In this document: positions 9,610 to 18,600 of the stretch, piece after piece
How the letters are laid out: each line of letters starts with the position of its first letter
How positions within the stretch are numbered: position 1 is the first letter of the stretch
Virus record (IMG/VR): IMGVR_UViG_3300009684_000030
Direction: 5' to 3' (one strand)
Length of the DNA: 64,000 nucleotides
Source: an uncultured virus (IMG/VR IMGVR_UViG_3300009684_000030)
Taxonomy: Duplodnaviria; Heunggongvirae; Uroviricota; Caudoviricetes
Made by a program: the position numbers and the translations under genes
The notes under the pieces: model-generated
Seen by the model: the letters and a program-made list of their open reading frames with translations, nothing else
Database searches by the model: none
What the model was told of the DNA's origin: nothing

Positions 9610-10497
9610 TTACTCAAAACCACCGATAATAGATTCTAGCATCCAGAATGAGCCAGAGTATTCTAGTTCAACAATATATAGTTTATTTACATCAAAAGTC
9701 CCGGGAAATAAAGTTCCATAACTGGCAATCTTAATTCCGGCATCTAAAGTTAAAACACAAGATGTATCCGAAGTAATAAAGTAACGAACTTTATTACCAG
9801 CTTGTGTTCCTCCAGTTGGGGTATTAAGAAGTACAGTACTAGAAGATATATTAACTAAATATCTTCCTTCAGATACAGCATTAACTGGGCTTGATGTTTT
9901 AATTGTCCACGGGAGGGTATTAAATGATTTTGCCGTAACATCTCCAGTAGTTGTTACTGATCCATTAGCTTTAACCTCTAAAGTACCACTTCCCCTTAAT
10001 TTAACTAATGAGGCAGTTGCAGCCGCTGGTTGATGTGCTACAACTAAAGGAGTTAGTGTATCCATTCCGATATGTAGCGGATCTGGTGTAAGAAGGTCAG
10101 ATCTTCCAACTATAAGAGCAGTTGATGTAGCATATGTCTTTTGCCACGCTTTAACACCAGATGCTCCTGATTCAGAGAATCCAATAATAGCATTCCCTTG
10201 AGTTCCTGAGGTATGTACAATTAATCCATGAGTAGTTGAATTAGGTGTTAAATCTTGAATACTGACAAGAGCATCTAATGCAGCATGTGGCCCCGTTGTT
10301 CCAGGCCATTGTAATGGATTAGTTGTACCAATTAAAATAGGAGCTCCTGGACTAGTAATTAATGATGTAGTAAAGGTCTTTACTCCATCAATATTCTGAA
10401 TGCCTTTAGTCATAACAGCCTGAGTAATAGGAGTAGGAGTAGACCATACAAAGGCCGTAAGAGCAAAGTATCCAAGTAGTATAATATATCTTCTCAT
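9610..10497 (-). CDS. Fibre-like hypothetical protein with signal-like N-terminus
   Basis: MRRYIILLGYFALTAFVWS; QNIDGVKTFT resembles QSIVGVKTFT in the 967-aa fibre. Confidence 0.55.
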   Translation of the reverse strand: MRRYIILLGYFALTAFVWSTPTPITQAVMTKGIQNIDGVKTFTTSLITSPGAPILIGTTNPLQWPGTTGPHAALDALVSIQDLTPNSTTHGLIVHTSGTQGNAIIGFSESGASGVKAWQKTYATSTALIVGRSDLLTPDPLHIGMDTLTPLVVAHQPAAATASLVKLRGSGTLEVKANGSVTTTGDVTAKSFNTLPWTIKTSSPVNAVSEGRYLVNISSSTVLLNTPTGGTQAGNKVRYFITSDTSCVLTLDAGIKIASYGTLFPGTFDVNKLYIVELEYSGSFWMLESIIGGFE

Positions 10498-10508
10498 ATA
10501 AATATTTA

Positions 10509-12455
10509 TTAAAGTTTTACTAAGCCGATTGTGGCATTTTCATCAGCACCAGTAACAACAATTTTATAATAATGACCATCATCAGATAGGAATGCCCCTA
10601 TTATTGAATTTGTATTAATAGTCCCTGCATCATTATAATCAAGTAAGATATTTTCTCCGCTTTTACGTAGTGCCATCATTCCTGATGCCAGATAATTATC
10701 ACGTTCAGATCCAATAGCAGCAGTAACTGTCATTGTACCTACTGCTGGTGTTGGCAGTGTATCATCTACGGCATATGTAAATACATCTGTGTTAACTCCT
10801 GTAATTATTACTCCTATTCCATTATAACCAATTGAGCTCCCCGTTGCGCCTTCAATGTTAACTGCACTTCCAACTTTATATCCATGATTATTAAGTGTTA
10901 TGAGTGCTTCATTACCAATTCGTGTTGTCGGATATGTTACGGTCTCTATTACTGCAGCATTTAAATATTCTGTTGCTCTCTCTTGAACCGACATCGCAAC
11001 CATTCCAGTTAATCCGTGGATTCTAATTGCCGAACGATTACCATCACCATCATAATAACCAAATTCATGAACATATGCAGTATGATTTTGAATACCGCAA
11101 CCAACCGCCGATGAATCATCACCAGATGCAGTATTAATATAACCAATAGCTGATGAGTGAATACCAGATGCAGTATTACCGTAACCAAATGCAGATACAT
11201 AAGCACCAGATGCATTATTAGAATAACCAACCGCCGATGAATAATCATCATATACAGTATTATTAGAACCAATAGCTGATGAGTGAATACCAGATGCAGT
11301 ATTACCGTAACCAAATGCAGATACATAAGCACTAGATGCAGTATTATTAGAACCAACAGCCGATGAATCATCACCAGATGCAGTATTATTAGAACCAACA
11401 GCCGATGAATAATCACTAGATACAGTATTATTATAACCAATAGCTGATGAATAATTACCATACGAGCTATTATTATGACCAATAGCTGATGAATGATCAG
11501 CAAATGTGTTATTATTATAACCAATAGCTGATGAATAATTACCATATGTGTTATTAATATAACCAATAGCAGAAGAATTAGAATTGATATTAGAGTAATT
11601 ACCATGACCAATAGCTGATGAATAATCACCATATGCTCTATTATTAGAACCAATAGCAGAAGAATTGGTACCGCCGGCTTCATTAAAATAGCCAAATGCA
11701 GATGCCCCAACTTGTCCTGGGGTAAGCTCATAAATAGCATTATTAGAACCAATAGCAGTCGATCCATCTATATTTACAGTATTATTAGAACCAATAGCAG
11801 ATGAATTAACACAAGTTGCTGTATTTTTATTACCAATGGCAGTTGAGTTAATACCTGAAATATTTTCAAATAAACCATAATTATTCTGAAATCCAATTGC
11901 AGTTGACCCATCTCCAGTTGTAATATTATTATAACCAAAACTGCTTGATCCTATCCCTTGTGCACCATTGGCGTATCCAAAGGCTGATGAATTAACTCCA
12001 GAAGTAATTCCAATTCCAAAGTTATTCTTATATCCAATAGCAGAGGCTCCATCTGAGGTAGTAGCATTAATATAACCAACACAAACAGATCCTACACCTT
12101 GTACTGTATTAGAATAACCAAATGCAGAAGAATTAACTCCAGAAGTAATTCCAGTGTTATTTCTATATCCTACAGCACTTGATAAATCACCAGCAGCAGA
12201 ATTTTGATAACCAATTGATACAGCAGATGTTCCAACACCATCATTATCATAACCAACAAAAATTGGACTTAAAGCATTTACTGAACCACTCCCACTGCCA
12301 CCTGCTATTGTTGAAATAGTAGATTCATCTTTTTTATAGAATAATGTTCCATCGGCATAATTTAAGGCCAATTCTCCATAATCAAGATCACCTATAGCTG
12401 GTAAAGCGGCGCTAGTCCCTGATTTTTTTAATATGATTTTATTATATACTGACAT
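10509..12455 (-). CDS. Tail fibre/adhesin with YadA-head-like 14-aa repeats
   Basis: Many SSAIG(Y/S/H)NNxxxGxx repeats; N-terminal YGELALNYADG module. Confidence 0.75.
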   Translation of the reverse strand: MSVYNKIILKKSGTSAALPAIGDLDYGELALNYADGTLFYKKDESTISTIAGGSGSGSVNALSPIFVGYDNDGVGTSAVSIGYQNSAAGDLSSAVGYRNNTGITSGVNSSAFGYSNTVQGVGSVCVGYINATTSDGASAIGYKNNFGIGITSGVNSSAFGYANGAQGIGSSSFGYNNITTGDGSTAIGFQNNYGLFENISGINSTAIGNKNTATCVNSSAIGSNNTVNIDGSTAIGSNNAIYELTPGQVGASAFGYFNEAGGTNSSAIGSNNRAYGDYSSAIGHGNYSNINSNSSAIGYINNTYGNYSSAIGYNNNTFADHSSAIGHNNSSYGNYSSAIGYNNTVSSDYSSAVGSNNTASGDDSSAVGSNNTASSAYVSAFGYGNTASGIHSSAIGSNNTVYDDYSSAVGYSNNASGAYVSAFGYGNTASGIHSSAIGYINTASGDDSSAVGCGIQNHTAYVHEFGYYDGDGNRSAIRIHGLTGMVAMSVQERATEYLNAAVIETVTYPTTRIGNEALITLNNHGYKVGSAVNIEGATGSSIGYNGIGVIITGVNTDVFTYAVDDTLPTPAVGTMTVTAAIGSERDNYLASGMMALRKSGENILLDYNDAGTINTNSIIGAFLSDDGHYYKIVVTGADENATIGLVKL

Positions 12456-12457
12456 AA

Positions 12458-15361
12458 TTATTTAATTCTGTTAAACCCTTGGCGAAGACCAGTATTACCA
12501 ATAGTTGGATCAAAATACCATTCATTGCCTCCAGTGTAGTATAGTGTTCCATCATCCAATAATAGAAATGTACGGAAATAATTTCCATAGTTATAACTAA
12601 TTTGAACATCTGTAATTTTAGCAATATTTTCAGAACTCATAGGAATCTGCGTCCAAGTAGTTCTATTAATTGTGGAACCATCACCAAGTTCTCCATGTAC
12701 ATTCCATCCGGCTGAGAATAAGTAATAGGTTGTAATAAGACCTTCGGTTTTATGACATTTAACAATATTTGAAGAATAATAAGAATTATCAGAAGCACCA
12801 ACATATAAATCATCAATTATATATGCAGATAATGAACTATCAATTAATGTCCATATATGAAGATCAGTATTATTTCCATTTCCAAAATGCCCATATGAAT
12901 TAGATCCGGTTGCATAAATGTGTCCGTCTGTTGTAAGCACATATGATGCGCCAATTGTTGTATATAGTTTGGATATTGATCTATTATTATATAGAGGTAG
13001 TGAAGAATCCCATATTTTAGTAGGAGTTGTGTATGCTATTGTAGTTGGGTCAGTAATACCAAATGAATTAGTATAACCATATCCTAGAGTCGAATCATTA
13101 TATCCCCAAGCATATGCATATGTTCCAGAATTATGAACTAATCTAAAGCTAGACGCAATGTCGCTGCCAGAACCTCGTAGAGTATATAAAGTACCAACCG
13201 ATGCACTACTTGTAACACTAGTTAATGTAACTGAAACCCAGTTTGAAGAATTAGTAGTTGTTCCATTTCCTAATTGTCCATATCCGTTATATCCACATGA
13301 CAATACACTATTCGTTGATAATATTATACATACCGCACAAAATCCGCTTGTGTCAAGCCCAATCATTGTTACATCTACTACATTTGAATGAGTAGGAGTA
13401 GTTTGATATTTTGCAGTTGAGGCATTAGTTGTAGTAGTATTTCCTATACCTAAATGTCCATATCCGTTATATCCAGCAGCCCATAAATCATGATTTGAGT
13501 CAATAACAAAACAATTATAATCATGAAGAACCACAGTAGCAATTGTTCGTGATGATGACAAATATGTATATACTTTATCAAAAGCCAAAGTCCATGCATA
13601 TAAGACAGTCGGCGGAGATGCTGGAAGAACAACAGATATATTGAATTGATTACGATCATTATTACCTATTGCCCACAATTGGCCAGTTGTATCAAGGCAT
13701 GCCATTGAATTTGCACAAATGAATAGCTTTGCGGCTTTTCTATTAAGAGGCAAGGGCATAATTTGATGCCCAGTCTTATCAGCATATCCGAAACGATTAT
13801 TAGTATTAGCACCATTTACAACAACCATCTGATCAGTATCAATATAAGCATTATCATTAAACTGGGATGCTGATGAATTTCGGAATGCCGAATCTCGTTC
13901 TCGTAATTTTAAAACAGAACCCTTTAAATGGTTGGCATTAAATAAATCTGTTACTGTTGCCAATTTATCAGTTTTGAAATAAGCACCATCTGCTTTCCAA
14001 TCAATATATCCACCACTGACCGATTGTATTTTTGCAGGTGTAATCTGGGCATCCGCAATTTTTGCCGTTGTTACTGCAGTATTTGCAAGTCCTAATTGCT
14101 GAGATCCATTAATTGTTAATGATGAATCATATTTAACAGCAAGTGTATGAGTTCCTCCAACTGCCAAACTAAAGTCAGCAAATGCCATACCAGCACCAGC
14201 AGCAATAGTAGTATTAACTACTGTATCTGGAGTAGATTTGATAATATAATTTAATGATAGATAAGGCTGAAGGATTGAAAATGGAGTGGAAGAGCCAGTT
14301 GCTCCAGTTGCTCCAGTAATTGAGTGGGTGTGAGCGCTTCCATTACCAGTTGTGCGTGCAATTTGATATTGTGAATTATCATAATCAGTTGCCCGCGAAC
14401 CCATAGAAGAAAAATACACATTACCACCATACTCACTATATATTACATCCTCATATGGATGTGTATGGGCGCCTTCATTTCCTATTAGAAGAGTACCAAC
14501 TCCGTGAGTATGTGATGGTAATTCAGCAGAAATTAGGGTATGGCGATATAATCCAGCACTATCACCAATTATAAAGTTTGGTGTATCAATACCATCACCG
14601 CCCAGCCCAGTTCCAATAACATTACGTCCTCGAAGATCTGGTAATGTATACCAATAAGCTTCACTTCCTGTGGTATATGAATATAGATCTACAATAGTGC
14701 CCGTTGTAGATGCTTTGGCTGATATTACAGAACCATCAGTTTCTGCAGTATAAATGCCACCATATGTATTTAATACTACCTGGGCAAGTACAGGAAAGTC
14801 TACTCCATGAAATCTTACGCCGTTACATAGTTTCCACCCACCAGGTGATACTGCAGCTGTATATGGAATAATACTTCCAACCGGGAGAACAGCTGCACCA
14901 ATAACACCAGGAGGAATTACTTGAATACTTGCTGCAAGTCGTAGAACTAATGCTGCCTCGCTTGACCAGGATAAAGCTCCTGTATTACCAGTTAGATATG
15001 AATTTGTATTACCAGCACCAACTGAAGGAACAGTATATGAATTAGAACCAAGTTTTAAATTAGTTGCAGCAATAAGAGTATCTGCTTGAAGAGGTGTAGT
15101 AGCCTTAAGAATAGAACCCTCATAGTATAAACCAGCAGCATCAATTTTTAAAACTGGATTAGATAAAGTTCCATTAGTAAATGTCTTAACTCCTACTATA
15201 GATTGAGGCCCTGTAAGTGTTACATGGCTAGACATGATTGATGTAACAGAACCATCAATAGATGTTACTTTATCAATAATACCATTTGTCTTTTGACGCC
15301 AGGTATTAAAGGTATCTGCTACCGAAACTACAGTAGTGTCAAAGGGAATGCTATCGTTCAT
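12458..15361 (-). CDS. Tail fibre with tail-collar domain and RCC1-like beta-propeller repeats
   Basis: ADTFNTWRQKTN N-terminus; PVGSIIPY...GWKLCNG...LPDLRGR collar; repeated GYNGYGQLGNG-type motifs. Confidence 0.8.
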   Translation of the reverse strand: MNDSIPFDTTVVSVADTFNTWRQKTNGIIDKVTSIDGSVTSIMSSHVTLTGPQSIVGVKTFTNGTLSNPVLKIDAAGLYYEGSILKATTPLQADTLIAATNLKLGSNSYTVPSVGAGNTNSYLTGNTGALSWSSEAALVLRLAASIQVIPPGVIGAAVLPVGSIIPYTAAVSPGGWKLCNGVRFHGVDFPVLAQVVLNTYGGIYTAETDGSVISAKASTTGTIVDLYSYTTGSEAYWYTLPDLRGRNVIGTGLGGDGIDTPNFIIGDSAGLYRHTLISAELPSHTHGVGTLLIGNEGAHTHPYEDVIYSEYGGNVYFSSMGSRATDYDNSQYQIARTTGNGSAHTHSITGATGATGSSTPFSILQPYLSLNYIIKSTPDTVVNTTIAAGAGMAFADFSLAVGGTHTLAVKYDSSLTINGSQQLGLANTAVTTAKIADAQITPAKIQSVSGGYIDWKADGAYFKTDKLATVTDLFNANHLKGSVLKLRERDSAFRNSSASQFNDNAYIDTDQMVVVNGANTNNRFGYADKTGHQIMPLPLNRKAAKLFICANSMACLDTTGQLWAIGNNDRNQFNISVVLPASPPTVLYAWTLAFDKVYTYLSSSRTIATVVLHDYNCFVIDSNHDLWAAGYNGYGHLGIGNTTTTNASTAKYQTTPTHSNVVDVTMIGLDTSGFCAVCIILSTNSVLSCGYNGYGQLGNGTTTNSSNWVSVTLTSVTSSASVGTLYTLRGSGSDIASSFRLVHNSGTYAYAWGYNDSTLGYGYTNSFGITDPTTIAYTTPTKIWDSSLPLYNNRSISKLYTTIGASYVLTTDGHIYATGSNSYGHFGNGNNTDLHIWTLIDSSLSAYIIDDLYVGASDNSYYSSNIVKCHKTEGLITTYYLFSAGWNVHGELGDGSTINRTTWTQIPMSSENIAKITDVQISYNYGNYFRTFLLLDDGTLYYTGGNEWYFDPTIGNTGLRQGFNRIK

Positions 15362-15366
15362 TAGTC

Positions 15367-15630
15367 TTATTTATTCTTTATTTTGCTTACTTTTTCTTGG
15401 TTTGCAGTAATAACAGATTCTTTCCAATCAAGGAGAATATCTATAATATCATATAGACCATTAATTTTAGCATATAAATCATCAATTGTCGCCTTATTAT
15501 CTGCAACTTGTTTACGGCGATGACATACCATATTATATGCCGAAACATCTGTATTGATAATGGCCTTCGAATAGGAATCTCTAACCAGGGTAGGATTTGA
15601 TTCAACCTTTATAGTATGTTGAGGAGTCAT
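15367..15630 (-). CDS. Small hypothetical virion-module protein
   Basis: KVESNPTLVRD..SKAIINTD N-terminus, coiled-coil-like C-terminus; tightly packed in operon. Confidence 0.6.
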   Translation of the reverse strand: MTPQHTIKVESNPTLVRDSYSKAIINTDVSAYNMVCHRRKQVADNKATIDDLYAKINGLYDIIDILLDWKESVITANQEKVSKIKNK

Positions 15631-15633
15631 ATA

Positions 15634-18600
15634 TTAAAATGTTGCAATTGCTCTAAAGTCTTTAAGTAATGGAACTTGTGTTTTATCATTTGAAAACATA
15701 ACAATCTTTACTGCAAATGAAACAAATTGAGTATTTGAATTTATGTCTGTATAATGAATTTCTGTAAATGAATTTGGATCTGATGAAACTGCAATTTGTT
15801 TATCAGGATTATATAGATTCCATGTAGAACCTTCATTATATTTAACATAAACCCGAATATTAGATCCTGCGGTCGGACGATTTACATTAACATAAATATC
15901 AACTCGGTCTGATGTTGAATTTAGATTAACTGTTCTAGTAATATATCGTGCTGATGTATTACCAGTATCTGATGTTAATTCAGTATCAAGTAATGAAGAA
16001 TAAACACCAAGGGGATTATAAACAGTAGGAGTACCCGCTAATGCTAATGTATAATCTAGCCCGATGATATTATTAATACAAACAATTGAATTACGTTCAA
16101 TATCAATAACAGGACTTAGATACGCCGATGTTGATGTTAATGTTGATGTTAATATTGCTGTACCCGATTCATATCGAACTATAGATCCTCCAGGAGTAGT
16201 TATTGCATAATTTTCATTGGCAATAATTGGATATATTACACCGACCAGCTCCAAGGAATTTGAAAGTGTTGTCTTATTAACTACGGCAGAATTTTGACTA
16301 ACATTAAACATTGTTATATCAATGGAATCTAAAATTGCAGTAATTGACCAAACTCCGGTTGTTGATTTTGGAATTGAAACTGTAGGTAAGGTATTATATC
16401 CTGAACCTGGATTTGTTATAGTTAGTGATGAAATAGCATTTGTTGCAGGATTAATATTTACTGTTGCTGATGCAGTAACTCCTGGAGGAGCTATATTAAT
16501 GGTTGCAGAATTATATCCAGAGCCTCCATCTGTAACAATGATTGCAGTAATGGCTCCAGCAGCAATTGTTGCATGGGCCTTGGCCTGTGTGCCACCACCC
16601 GATGCATTAGGAGCTGAAATTGTTACAAGGGGTGGTAATGTATAATTTGATCCTGTCGCAGTTAACGGTATTGATACTGTTTTAGATATAGATGTACCGT
16701 CTAGTGTTATTGTTCCTGCTACAGCGGGTGTTCCTGGTGGTGAAATTGTTACCACAGGAGCAGTAGCAGATATATAGCTATTACCAGCTGCACCTACAGT
16801 AGGTAAGTTACTGAATCCAATAATACCGCCATCTATATGTTTATCAAATGTAACATCTGCTGATTGTGTATTAAATGAAGCATAATTTAGTCTGAACTTC
16901 ATATCCTTAGTTTGCTCAGGAGTCCATGTTGAAGCATTTTGACTCATAAGAAGAACGCCATTATATACATTCTTTGTAATTGCAGTTTTAGTCTTAACAT
17001 CAAAACTACCAACAGTGGCAACCCAAATTTTATAATCAGCGGAATTTGATGTTACCACAATTGCATATTCAGTTCCATTTAGAAGATAAACGGGATCTGA
17101 GAATTTGAAATTAGTTGCAATAGCACCGTTATCAGGATCAACAGTTATATTAGCAGCAGCAATAGTTACTGTTGAGAATGGCATAATCTGCTGAGTAGGA
17201 ATACCATTTGAAACTAGAACAATATATGCAGTAACCGGTAATGTACTTGATTTTGCAGAAAAGTATAAATCAATACTTGTGGCAAATAATCCTTCTTCAA
17301 CATTAGGAATTAGGAATGTTTGAGCTAGGGGATCACTATATTGAACTGGAGGAACTACAATTCCTCGATCTTGAGTTTGATCAGTAACAACTAACTCAGG
17401 GCTGCGAATTGATAATTGTGTTGTTTGTGAAGTTTCTATTATTCCTGATGCAATATATTGTGTATCAGCAACTGTTGTTGTATCAGTTGCAAGATTAATT
17501 GGAGAATCTGTTAATTTAAATATACGTTGACCGCATTTAAATTTAGTTGCAACAGTATTGGGAATATAGAATTCTCCTTCAACATTACCAAATTGGTCTG
17601 TAGTAATAATCGGTAATGTTATACTTAAAGGTGATTCTCCTGGAAGTAGATTTTTATATACTGCTGTATTATTATCATTATCAATAGATGCAGGAGTATT
17701 TGTAAGTTGATTACAATAAGCAGTTACATTAATACCATCAAAGAATGCATAAAGTCTTGTATTTGGTTTAAGTTTATCTGCTTTAAAATAGATCTTACGA
17801 GAACGGATATACGGAATATAACTAATATCAACAACTCGTGTTCCAAGTGATTGTGTTTGATCGGTATACCCTAGGGTTGTAAGAGTCCCTGTCCGCGATT
17901 GATGATTTGTTGTTACAGTATTCCAAAAGCCCCTACTTGTTACATGTCCCCACCAATTTGTTTTCTTTTGATCAACCCAAGTAGATTCTGTAGTTATACC
18001 TTGCCAATTAGTGGCCCATTCATTCCAATGGTATCCAAATGCAGGATTGGAAGCTTCTGTTAATGCAACAGCATCATATGCTCCAGTATCATCTACTATA
18101 AGATCTGGTGAAGTTGTTGTATCTTTCCAGTTATCTGTAGATGGAACCAAACTTATATTTCCGGCAAATACAGCAATATCATACGGATTTACAGATAGAG
18201 TATCAGATGCAACAGATTGATCAATTAAATTCTTTTCATCATATTTTAAGGTAATAATATGATCATGAACAGCTACATTAGATGTATCTGATTTAACTAG
18301 TCTCAAATTTCGCATATCAAATTTTGGACGGCAAAGTCCAACGGTCATATCCATTGAACATGCATATCCTACATTAGTTGGATCTCCTATAGAATTTCCT
18401 GTAAATGCATCAACAATATAGCCATTCTTATATCTGTCGCCTCCAGCATCAATAATAGATGCATTTTGTGCTGAAGTTTCTAGAAGTGATAGAGATGTAT
18501 AATATTCAATATTTGAAATACGTTTTTCAATACCGCCAATATCTCTCATTGTATATCTGCGATTATCAATATAGTTTACAGTAATATCTTTTGGAGAAAA

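Noticed and set aside
11009..11767. 252-aa hydrophobic ORF overlapping the YadA-like fibre on the same strand
   Set aside because: An alternative-frame shadow of the 42-bp repeats; the I/L/V/M/H composition follows from the real frame's codon usage.
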